NCBI RefSeq assembly: GCF_001194135.2
Contig: NC_068998.1
Span: 19,299,296-19,363,295 of the forward strand
Direction: 5' to 3'
Source: Octopus bimaculoides
Lineage: Eukaryota
Length of the DNA: 64,000 nt
Shown here: positions 38,531 to 50,615 of the stretch, piece after piece
How positions within the stretch are numbered: position 1 is the first letter of the stretch
How the letters are laid out: every line of letters begins with the position of its first letter
The notes under the pieces: generated by a model
Database searches by the model: none
Seen by the model: the letters and a program-made list of their open reading frames with translations, nothing else
Told to the model about the DNA's origin: nothing
Translations under genes and position numbers: made by a program

Positions 38531-39565
38531 ATTGGGTAGCTTATGCAGAGTTCATAGTCATTCTTCAAGCTTTATATGAACTTATGTCCTACTTTTAGTG
38601 CAATACTTCTGTATTTCCATTTAGATACCACATACAACTAAACTTTTGTTAAATAACTTATCCTTGTGCCTAACAATCTTTTTTAATTATAAATATATGT
38701 TGTAACTATGAAGAACAAGATTAGTGGTAATTCCACATATTCCTACAGCAACACTTCATGAATAACACTTACAGTGTGATGTAAACAAAGTAAAGGAACA
38801 GTAAAAGTGATATCAGATGTGTGCATTCATCCATGTAGCTAACCAGTTATTGTATCGTTAATATCTCATTTCAGCTTTATATAAGTAAGTTGAATATTGG
38901 CACAATGACAAGTAGAGCAATGGAACAGGCTGATATCTGGAAACAAAAATACATGGCTGTATAGTGAATACAAGATATTTGATACATGTGTATATCCTCT
39001 GAGAATGTCAGGAAAAAAAAAACACTTTTGGGGAAGAAGTATTGTAGTATACATTATTAGCAAGTTATTGTAGTACAGATGAGAATGATAACAACTAAGT
39101 ATGAAAATATGCCTACCTTATACAACAAATACTTGTATCTATATAAACACCCACACCTATGTTACATTTCATCATACCTACAACTGATTAACAGAGTATG
39201 GTAACTAAATCTTACACTGAAGGAAGATATAGGAGCAAGCACGACTGTGTGGTTTAGAATAGATGCAAGAATGGCTCTGGCTGAGAAGTTCTCTTTACAG
39301 CCACACAGTTTCAAGCCAACCAGTGACTTAAAAGTAAGTTTGGTAAATAGAAACTAAGCTCAGCATATATCATCATCATCGTCCTTTAACGTCCATTTTC
39401 CATGCTGGCATGGGTTGGACAGTTTGATCAGAGCTGGCAAGCTGGGGAACTGCACTAGGTTCCAGTCTGATTTGACTTGGTTTCTACAGCTGGATGCCCT
39501 TCTTGATGGTAATCACTTTACAGTGTGTGCTAGGTGCTTTTAACATGGCACTGACATATATATAC

Positions 39566-39603
<38 letters not shown>

Positions 39604-39613
39604 NNNNNNNNNN

Positions 39614-39658
<45 letters not shown>

Positions 39659-40378
39659 ATGAACTATAACATTCTGTCATTAATTTCTTTTTACAATAGT
39701 AAAATAGTAGATAAAAATATAGATATATTTTGTATTGTATTGAGTACAAATATACAGCGTAGTGTCGAATGACATTGATGGATGGATGCTGTCTTTACTT
39801 AATATAAAACAACGCATCTTAAATGTTCGGCAGCCATGATTGACAGATTAGACGGCAAGCAAAACAAAGTGTGAATAAAAGCCTTCTTTTGAATTGGTTT
39901 ACATTTACAACAATATATATCGTCATCATCATCATCTTTTAACAATTGCTAGATTGGCCTGCTTGCCTGGCCGATGAGGTGGCATCATTTGAAAGCTAAA
40001 ATGATGCAAAGCGCATTGTGACCAGTGATGTATAACAACATCTAACAGTTAAATGATGATGATGATAGTGCACTGTTCTGTTATTGGTAGGATCAACAAA
40101 AAAGTACTCAATCCAGCATTCAAGCATGATCGATGCCAGTGGTGTGATTGACTGGCATGTAAAAAGCACCCACTACATTCTCGGAGTGGTTGGCGTTAGG
40201 AAGGGCATCCAGCTGTAGAAACCTTGTCAGATCAGATTGGAGCCTGGTGNNNNNNNNNNAGCTGTAGAAACCTTGTCAGATCAGATTGGAGCCTGGTGCA
40301 GCCTCCTGGCTCACTAGTCCTCAGTCAAACCATCCAACCTATGCCAGCATGGAAAGCGGACGTTAAACGAAGATGATG

Positions 40379-40421
<43 letters not shown>

Positions 40422-41437
40422 TGATGTATCTAATTTTCTGAATTAAAATTTGGATGATTAATTTTAACAGTAGTGAATAGATTATCAAAACCTTATTTCT
40501 TGCCGAAATGAATTTTACTATCTTAGACATTTTTACAGTGAATGCATTGCTTCTTTTTCATGTTAAATATAAATATTTAGTAAATTTCAAATTTCCAGTT
40601 TGATTCCCTTTTCTTTCTATGTTTTTCTTTTAAATGATATAATCAACAAACTGGTTTATTGAACAAAATTTGGATTCACACACACATACACCACTAATGT
40701 CCCACATGAATTATCCAGCTTCAGAATTATGTTTGAAATAACAGACAAGTAGAATTAGCATGAATGCCATTCGTGTCTTCTAGAATAAACTCTGTATGCA
40801 TGCTCCACCACCACTACCACCATTGGCCACACTCAAATGGTGCTATTTACACACACCACTCTGTATGCATGCTCCACCACCATCATCATAATTATTATTT
40901 TACATCAGTTTTCTAATGCTGGTATGGATAGGATGGTTTGACAGGATCAAGCAAGCTGCAGGGTTACATCAGGCTCCAGTGTCAGCTTTGGCATGGTTTC
41001 TACAGCTTGATTCCCTTCCTAACACCACCAATCTTACATGTGTTTGTGTGTATATAACTGTTGATTCACTAAGAAGCAATGAACCACAAAATGACTCCTA
41101 ATCCTAGTACTCCAAGTTACATGTTTCCAATCATTTGGCTGGTAATCCAAGCATGCTTTTCCTTTGAAATAGTTGTTTGAATATATTTTACAATATAAAA
41201 AGAAAGTTATGAAGAAAATGGTTATCTTTGTTCTTTTTAAAATCTTTGCAAACACATGCAAAAATGGCTGTCTCAAGCTCATGTTTTTCATTTTATTTCT
41301 GGCTCTTGTGAGAATACTCCAAACATGTTAAACTGCGTACAAGCCAGGTAACTTTTATAACCTCCCACATGAAATTGCATAGCTTTAGAAATATTTTTAT
41401 GAACATTTTAAAACAATGTGTCTGCATGCATCTGCAT

Positions 41438-41478
<41 letters not shown>

Positions 41479-41554
41479 CCAACCCATGCTAGCATGGAAA
41501 GCAGACGTTAAACGATGATGATGATGATGATGATATACATACACACACACACAC

Positions 41555-41767
41555 ACACATTCTTTTACTTGTTTTAGTCATTAGACTGCAGCCATGCTAG
41601 GGCACTGCCTTAAAGGACTTTAGTTGAATGAATTAACCTCAGTACATTCTTTTAAACCTGGTACTTATTCTAGTGGTCTCTTTTGGTGAACCACTAAGTT
41701 ATGGGGATTTAAACACACCAACAGCAGTTGTCAAGCAGTGGTGGGGAACAAACACAGACACACATGA

Positions 41768-41832
<65 letters not shown>

Positions 41833-41990
41833 TCAGGTTTCTTTCAGGTTCCATCCATCAAATCCACTCACAAAGCTATGGTCAGTCTGAGGTTATAGTA
41901 GAAGATATTTACTCAAGGTGCCATACAGTGGGACTGAACCCAGAACCATGTAGTTGGGAAGCAAGCTCTTTTACCACACACCCACTCCTA
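41555..41990 (-). mobile_element. tRNA-derived SINE, same family, reverse orientation
   Basis: Reverse complement of the head (gggactgaacccagaaccatg) and tail (ttcttttacttgttt), with an expanded (TA)n centre. Partial copies occur at about 4300, 5720, 7295, 33020, 37620 and 62750. Confidence 0.8.
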
Positions 41991-43149
41991 TGCATACATG
42001 CATACACTGTACATGGTTGTATGTGTGTATATACATATACACACGTTTCAAAAGCATTTTTTTCTCTCTATAAATTGGGATGAAAGTCAAGGAAGCCGAT
42101 ATTTACATAAGATATTTAGTCCTGTGCATACAAGGTGTTAGTAACTCCATTTTGTTCAAACCATTATTGCCTTCAACCAAAATTTTTAACTGTGAGTGTC
42201 AAGTCACTTTTAGTGCTACTAGTAACATGTAACCCAGAACAACTTGTCATATGGTCAGGCCATCAGTGACTAAACTAGCACCCCTGCCAATGATGAACAG
42301 ATCTTCTCAAACATTGTATATCACCAGTCATTTTGATCTTTTGTCATCTCTGTGAGGCTCAAAAATCTGATTCAGCCTTCACTTTTCATTGTCATATTTT
42401 CCTGGGTTTCCCTCTGCCATTAGCTTCATCCACATTTAGAGATCAACACTTCCTTATACAGCTGTCCTGATCCATGTTCATATGTTCACATCAGTGTGAT
42501 TTTCTCTTGCACACTCCATATGATTCCTTCAATATATTTGTACTTCATCTTCCATACACAGTTTAACATTCAGCAGAGTATGCTAGCTTAATTTTTTTAA
42601 ATTCTTTACCTGTCCTCTACATTCGGAGCCCATGTTTTTCTACTTTGTAGCATTGCAATCAATACACAAACATCATAGAATCTGCCTTTCTTTTGTTACC
42701 AACAGATGTTAACCCTTTAGCATTTAAACTGGCCAGATCCATCCTCTCAGACCTACCCTACAATGTCATTCTAGAAATTAACAATCATATCAAAATCTCA
42801 AAGCTATGAGTTAAATGCATGATTAATTCAAAATAAGCATTTCATTTGACAAAATAATCTGAATGATAAAGGGTTAAATTTCTTTGAACTTTCTGTATCT
42901 TTTTCTTACCCTAGCTATGATACTTTTAATATCCTCCTCCACTGCTGATTTGGTTAAATTGGTAACAAAAGCTATCTACTACTCCTAAGGATCTTCCTGA
43001 ACATTTGAAAAAAGAAAATGTTTTCCATCTCCTTCTCAATGTTTATTACTCCTGCACATTGGCCACAAAGTCTACTTGCACTGTTAACCTGCTTATGTAT
43101 CCATTGTTTGTACAAGGTTCACTATGGAATTTCTCTCCGATGGAAGTAG

Positions 43150-43720
43150 AGCCTTGTCTGTTTTTCTACTTATTGAAACTATGGTCTTTGCTAAGTTAGC
43201 TTTGATTCCAGGTTTTGCTTCCACACCTAGAATTTCTTTTCTAATTCTACTCAAGAATCAGCTTTAAAAACAAGGTCATCAGCATATAGCAGTTACAATG
43301 GGTTTTGGTCTGAAAACTCTTGTTAGGGCCAGGAGAACTGTGATGAATTGGGGGAATTTAGAATGCAGGTAGGATTTTACCAGGGTGATTCCCTATTTGT
43401 AAACTAAATTCATTGATAAACTCTGGGCAAACTCTCACCTCACAGATAGCACTTCTTATATGGCTCTCACAAGCCATTTTATCTGTTTCTAACTTCCTCA
43501 ACGACCACCAGAACATAGAGCAAAGAACCCTGTCAAAGGTGCGCTCCATGTCAACAAATACTAAGTACTGTGGTTTACTTTTAGCTAAGTACTACTGCTG
43601 CAGTAACCTCAACAGGAAGAGAGAATCAGTAGTACTTCTCTCTGGCACAATACCAAACTACATCTCATCTAAGCATGAAACAGAATTGTATCTCATTTAC
43701 AATAATTCTCTTCCCAACTA
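43150..43720 (+). mobile_element. Decayed CR1/L2-type LINE 3' fragment
   Basis: DHQNIEQR...LLAKYYCCSNL resembles the CR1/L2 C-terminal region; degenerate. Confidence 0.4.
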
Positions 43721-43893
43721 ATTAAGCTATAAAGCTTTCTGTAATTTTCATGACCTAGTCCAGTAATTTTATACCACTATAATTACTCTCCACCCCCCAA
43801 CCCTCTCTCTCTTTCTCTAAGGCATGTCTTTACCTTTGCAGCAATTGACTATGGTGATGCTTCGCCAAGCATTGAGTATGATACCATCCTGTA

Positions 43894-44580
43894 TAGGGGT
43901 GGGCTAAAATGTTCATAGGCTGACTATGAAGGAGTGATGCTAGAGCTGTGAAATCTTGCATGCATTCATTTCAACTCTTCTTGATAACTGCATGGTTTCT
44001 TTCCAGGTAAACTGACATCTGACTCTTCAAAGAAGACTTCAAATGTCACTGGTAGTGACGTCTCTTGAAAATGGACAAAATTTGACATCATGAAGTTATC
44101 AAGTACCAGCAGAAAAAAGGTTTAACCTCCAAGGACATTCATACTGACATGGTTGCTACATAACAGGATGATATTCCAGCTTTATTAACAGTGCAAAAGT
44201 GTGCAGATGAATATTTGGAGGGAAACAGAGTCTTGAAGTTGACCTAGGTTCTGAATGTCCAACAACTGCCACCAGAGGAAAACACTGATTGTATTCATCA
44301 CATGTTGATAGATGATAGGTAATTGATTGTAATTCAAACAGTCAATGTTACCAGCATATCTCATGAGAGTTGAGAATATTCTGCACAATGAACTTGGCAT
44401 GATGAAGGTTTCTGCTTGGTGGGTGCTACACCTTCTGACACCTGATTAAAAATGCCCCAGACTGGTAACATCATGGCAAAATCTGACATTGTTTAAAGCA
44501 AATCCAGCTGGTTTCCATGAACATTTTCTAACTCAGGATGAGTGTTGACTTCATCGCTTTGAGCCAAAGACAAAGGGCTA
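43894..44580 (+). mobile_element. Mariner transposon relic (5' end and N-terminal transposase, pseudogenised)
   Basis: TA plus a TIR-like start. From ATG 44071, MDKI*HHEVIKYQQKKGLTSKDIHTDM...LHNELGMMKVSAWWVLHLLTPD...FLTQDEC, a WVPHLL-type motif with stops and frameshifts. Confidence 0.85.
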
Positions 44581-44632
44581 ATTGATGTAATGCGTGTGCA
44601 TGTTTGTCTATGTGAATGGTCACAAAACTATG

Positions 44633-44672
44633 CACCAGTTGGAGCCCGACCAGTATTGGGCTCCAACTGGTG
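44633..44672. repeat. GC-rich hairpin / palindrome
   Basis: CACCAGTTGGAGCCCGA-CCAGTA-TTGGGCTCCAACTGGTG: 17-bp stem with one G-U pair and a 6-nt loop. Confidence 0.85.
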
Positions 44673-45134
44673 ATATTTGTTGATATTTCCTAACAATAAA
44701 TTATCTACTAGCTCTGTGTTTTTGATTTCCTATGGGATAAATAATCCTTACCTTACAAAATAGCTAATGGTTGGCAACAGATGTTAAATGAATAAACAAT
44801 ATATAATACTGGTAAAGGAAATATAAGCAAGAACTTTTAAGAAAGGTTTGTCTTCAAATATTTGCTATTTATACACTAAAATGGCTTTAATCAATTTCAT
44901 TCATTTGTAATGAGAACTTGTTATGTCAATATTTTATTACTCTGATTTAAAGTTTGCGGTGAATTGTTCTGCAATGAAACAGCTGTACCATTAGCAGAAT
45001 ATATTTCACAAGGGGAACCTGCAACCAAATTCCAAAGCTTTCTTAGTTTATGGGCTAGGCCCTCCTAGGGAGAAAAGAATGGAAAATATTAAATATATAT
45101 ATATATATATATATATATTAATTTTAAAGTTGCG

Positions 45135-45365
45135 TTAAGGCAGTGAACTGGCAGAATTGTTAGCACACCTCACAGCATTTTGTCTGTCTTTACATTCTGA
45201 GTTCAAATACCAATGAGGTTGACTTTGCCTTTCCTCCTTTTGAGGTTGATAAAATAAGTATCAGTTGAGCACTAGGGTCAATAAAATAATTATCAGTTGA
45301 ACACTGGATTGATGTAATTGACTTATCCCCTCCCCAGAATTGCTAGCCTTCTGCCATTTGAAACC
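45135..45365 (+). mobile_element. Second SINE family (Meta-domain-like core)
   Basis: tRNA-like head (gagttcaaat) plus GCCTTTCCTCCTTTTGAGGTTGATAAAATAAGTA core. Related copies at about 23575, 36700, 45750 and 55080. The Meta-domain assignment is from memory of the motif. Confidence 0.6.
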
Positions 45366-47189
45366 AATTTTAGAGTTGAGTTGCTATTAAAATTTTGTTA
45401 GTATTGTTAGTTTTTTTTTGTTTTTTCTTTTGCTCCATAATTTCGAGAAACCTGAATCAACAATAATTTGAAATAAGGCTCTACATCCATCGGAGAGAAA
45501 TTCCATAGTGTACCTAGTACAAACAATGGATACGTAAGCAGGGCAGTGCTATCATAGGCAGGTTAACAGTGCAAGTAGGCTTTGCTTGTGGCCAATGTGC
45601 AGGAGCAATAAACATTGAGAAGGAGATGGAAAACAGGTTGTTTTTTTTTTCAAATGCTCAGGAAGATCCCTAGGGGTAGTAGATAACTTTTGTTAGCAAT
45701 TTAACAATAATTTGAAATTTTAATAGCATCAATATTATTGGTTTAAAATTATGACACAAAGCCAACAGTTTCAAGGAAGGGGCTAAGTTGATTACATTGA
45801 CCCCAGTGCTCAACTGGTACTTATTTTATCAACCCCAAAAGAATGAAAGGCAAAATATTTTTGACAGAATAATCTGAATGCTAAAGGGAACAACACTAGA
45901 CAAGAAACTACATCAGATGTACATTCCCAACCCCTATTTACAAACTTGCAATAAAATCCATTTCACTGAAATTTATGGGCTGTTTGTAACATTCATAGAT
46001 ATCACAACTTTATCATTTGCTTTTGGTCTTCTTGCTTGTGGTTTATCAGTAAGAGAACTAATTCTAAAGGAATACATCACTTTAAAGTGAGACTGATGAT
46101 TTCAAAATGAGTACATTTCACTTTTCAAAACTTCTTCCACTGAATTGACAAAGTATCATCTTGCAGTCATCAATCTCACTTTAAAGTGACAATATTTCGC
46201 TTTGAAGAAAAATTTGCTCATTTATAAGTGGTAGTCTTCTTAAATTTTTCCATCCAATTTTGAATTGAATTTCCTTTTCAAATTGGGAGTCCAATTTTCA
46301 TACAACAACCCATAAAATATAACAATTTTCATTAAGTGGTGCAATTAGTATTGTAAAGGATTTTATTATTTGGAAAAGACCCCCTAAAACTATTGAATGA
46401 AGATTTCACTCAACTTTTAGAAGCTATTAGAAATCATAGTGAATACCTCACAAAGGTATATTTGTAGCACACACTGATATGATGTATATCCAGATTTAGT
46501 TTGATTTTTGTCACCAATTAAGTCTACTTTCAGAACAACTAGAGTCAGTATCAAATTACCTCACTATTTTCTAGTTCAGTCACTAATATGCCTACTGTAT
46601 AAAGACCATCAGCAGCTTGCATGACAACAGAAAGCAGCAAGTTTCTTATATCAATCACTTTTCAGAACAATCAACTGGTATGCTATTTCTTTCACTTATA
46701 CAAACTGGTATCGAATGAGCCTATATCAACTTTTAAGTATCAACAAATACCAAAATTGATTTCTGAAATCTGGCATATAGAACAGTGACCAGGTCAACAG
46801 TTATACTACTCTAACAGGGAGTGCCATCAGCTCACATTTAGAACACTTGTGAACTTCAAATCATTACCAAGTTCATCACCTTTTGTAACTAGTTTTATCA
46901 CTGCAGAACTCAACAACAGACAATTTCACTTCCCAACTTAGTTACTCAGTGGGAATGCATAGTAGCAACCAGGATTGTAAAACCATGTACAAGTGTACTT
47001 TGAATACACAGAACATTTTACAGACTCACTTGCACAAAAAAAAAAAAAACATCCTGTAGATTTACTTGGAGCTCATGCACACATCTTTTACAGATGCATA
47101 CATATATGGCATGTTCTGTTAGTTACTTTGCCAACTTACTAAGTACATGTTTATACATATATATACATATATATATATACACACACACA

Positions 47190-47321
47190 CAGTAGTACCT
47201 CGGTTTTTGAACAACTCTGATCACGAATAAATCACACTTTATGTCCTGTCTTTCTCATATTCATTTAATACAGCAGTACCTCAGTTTACAAACGCCTCTG
47301 ATCACAAATAAATCGTGCTTT

Positions 47322-47369
<48 letters not shown>

Positions 47370-47406
47370 CATGATTTATTCATGTTTGAAAACCAAGGTA
47401 CTACTG
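47190..47406. mobile_element. pogo/Tigger-like MITE
   Basis: TIR CAGTAGTACCTCGGTTTT ... AAAACCAAGGTACTACTG followed by TA. A second left end starts at about 47271, and the centre is (TA)n. Confidence 0.65.
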
Positions 47407-47878
47407 TATATATATGTATATAAGCCATTCCACAACCTTTGTAGAAGACTGTTTTCACCTCTGTGTCTGTAACATTCATCCAATTATTTTTGCTGTCAAA
47501 GATGAAGCCTCACATCATATGTACAATTTATTCTGGTTGATCATAGCTTGTAGCTAAGCTAATTTATGAACCAGTAGAGAATGTTAATAAAATCATTTTA
47601 ACTGTTACACTTCTACCATACATTTTTGCTTATTTTGGTCAAATTTCCAATTCTTTACATGATAACCATAGCACAATCAGTTTTTCAACAGCACGTACAA
47701 AATATTTATACTTCTTACATTTGCATTAAATACATTAACATAATTTGTAATGTTTCATGTAGCATGAGTCCCTGGCTCTTCCCCACGAGTTTATTCTTTT
47801 AAGTAAATTATACCACTAAATTCTCATAAGCCAAAATATCGTACATTGTACTCCTAAAATTCGGGAGTAATAGACTGA

Positions 47879-47914
47879 TTTGCTGATGAGGTCTAATAAC
47901 GAAACATGTACAGA
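47879..47914 (+). ncRNA. Minimal type I hammerhead ribozyme motif (Penelope-like element type)
   Basis: UUUG-CUGAUGA-GGUCUAAUAAC-GAAAC-AU-GUA-CAGA. Full core, palindromic helix III (ACAUGU), helix I UUUG/CAGA, weak helix II. Confidence 0.6.
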
Positions 47915-49456
47915 GTTGTCATCATATGTTCAAACTCACTGAATTCTTTAAAATTAAATTCCTAGATTGTCCTTCGTCTTTCATGAACAGAAATAGTAAT
48001 TAAAACCATGATTTATTTCCACCTCATCATTGTGTAATTTTAATTAATTATATTTTCTTAGCTCACTGCATTAAAGTATGTTAGCGCCTACTTTACTATT
48101 AATTATCCATGAAGTAGGTATCCTTGGGTATTTTTTTCTAGTCATTCTTCAATAGAACGTTAGAACATGGCCTATTCGTCATTTATCACGAAAGGTTCAT
48201 GTACTCAGTAGCAACTATCTTAGCAGATTTTAATAAGGCAAATGTAATAAAAATCAAGTTTTTCTTTATGTGATTGTTTCGAATTTATATAAATTCCATT
48301 TGAAGTAAATTTACAAAACTGAATAATAAAGTAAAATTGTTAATACTAGTTGATGGCAACCAGTTACGGAATTATTGGCGATCTTCTTGTCAGATATGCA
48401 CAATTACAGTAAGAAAGAATGACGACTGCTATTGATAATAATAAAATGTGTTTAAAGCATAGTTTTAAAACTTGATTCGCCCATCCATAAATTTACAGTG
48501 TTCGTTCTATTTACGTTATAACAGTAATCAGAATTCGGTAGAGAGATAATTATGTTATTAATTAATATTAAGAATCAGTGATATGTCCCAAAGCTCCCAT
48601 GTAAGCAAAACACGTGGATGAAAATACAAAAAAAAAATTTTTTTTTAATTAAACAAATAAGCAATGTACTTTTCCCGTCCTAAGGAGTAAGGAAAAGTAA
48701 AAACTAAAATAAAAAGCAAATATCTTTCAATAATTTATTATTGGTAACCATCAGTGAAATAATAGTGTCCAATAAATTTTATCTTCAGCGTTACAATAGT
48801 TGTGTAAACGAACTATTACTATAGCACCGTATATGGGTTGAATATCGCGAATTTAGGATAGTGATGGAATTGAGAAGGGGAGGAATCAAATTGAGTTCCA
48901 TCTATAGCAAATGTTTTTCAATAACCTTAAAGCTGCAGTTAACACACTTATATCACATATTTTATATAATTGCGTACCTTGTGATTTCACACCATTTTTT
49001 CCCGCCAGTACTACATTAGTAATCAACATTATAGTTTTACCACACATTAACCTTTCTTATAACTTATAAGCTATATTATATAGTTATTGACTTAATTTTT
49101 TACTGGAAATAACAGATGCCTACTCAAATAAAATTAAGCATTTGTAATAATAATTGATTCTGACTGAAAATTGAATTTTTTCCCACCTCACATTAAAGCG
49201 TAAAATCATTTTATTTCCAAATAAATGTTTTCTAATTACGCAGGTTTGTGTTCTCTATTATATTACATAAACAACGGTTGCCTTTGTTATTGTTATTATT
49301 CAAAACTGTTACTTTATAATACTCATAATTAGATATTTTATAAAGCGGAATCAGCTCAAGAATACATTTGATAAATATTATGCTAGAACAATATATTTCA
49401 AAAATTTCCTAACTGCTCATTAGACAATGAGTGAGAAGATGAAGGATGTTTAATCC

Positions 49457-49790
49457 TCACTAAAAAAAAAATGAATAAAATCAAGTAAATAATTTTTGAA
49501 AAAATGTTATTCATTTCATTTTAGAAGGAAAAATATTTTTCCCCTCATGAAGAAAAATGCATAGTATCTTTTTATTGTTATTTTAAATAAGATACTTGCA
49601 TAGAAAGGGGTGAAAGATGGTTAGTCACTAAAAAAAAAACATGAAATAAAGTAAATAATCAAGATAGTTATTCATTTTCAAAAGAAAAATGTTTATTTTT
49701 TTTTCTTTCTCTAATGAAGAAAAATACATAGTATCTTTTTATTATTATTATTATTATTTTAAATAAGATACTTGGATAGAGAGAGAAAAA
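49457..49790 (+). repeat. Two-copy tandem duplication of an AT-rich unit of about 170 bp
   Basis: Both units begin tcactaaaaaaaa and share atgaagaaaaat.catagtatctttt and ttttaaataagatacttg.atag. Confidence 0.75.
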
Positions 49791-50391
49791 AAGCAATAGT
49801 AACGGATAAAAACATGTCGACTGCGCAACACAGTGGTTAAATATTGCAACAATTGTAAAGAAAGTAAGGGAGATTAATTTTCATTTTGGCGCTACATACA
49901 CTCACGTGATATCTTTCTAGACAGGTGAGGACGGCCCTTTTCTAGCAGAGCAGACGTTATGATCAAAGACATTCAAGCCATGACCCTCCCTTGTCACGTT
50001 CAAGAATAGCACACTAAACTGCATTATCTAATATATCCTTTTTTTAAGACTGTGGAAGGGACGTGGTTGAAATTTCGCTGCTATTTCTAGCGAGTTGAAC
50101 GACTAGGTATAGCATCCACGTTGGCTTGAATCGATCAATTGTTGTTATTTAAAAATAACCAAACTTATTGCAGTTTCTTCTGTTGGTAATTAAATATAAA
50201 ATACCAACACCATTAGGTTAAATTTCCAACCCCAAAATTTATATAACATCTCTCATTCAGTGTATATAAAATTACAAAATTTTCTTTCGATATTTAGAAT
50301 TAAAATTGATATTATAGATATGCTACTAGTATATTGTATACATTATATATATATAATATACATATCATATCATATATACATATCATGTTTG

Positions 50392-50453
<62 letters not shown>

Positions 50454-50615
50454 AATAGATATAAATAGGTTTATAAATGTATCTGTGTACAAATATATAC
50501 GTATTTGTTTATATAATAGATTATATATATATATACATATATACACGTCTATACATGTCTGTACATGTGTATATACATATATAATTTTAAGGTGTGTAAA
50601 TTTCGAAAGCATTAC

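Noticed and set aside
43834-43888. 55-nt minus-strand exon candidate with a good donor
   Set aside because: Its acceptor depends on the mariner TIR; the peptide is unrecognisable.
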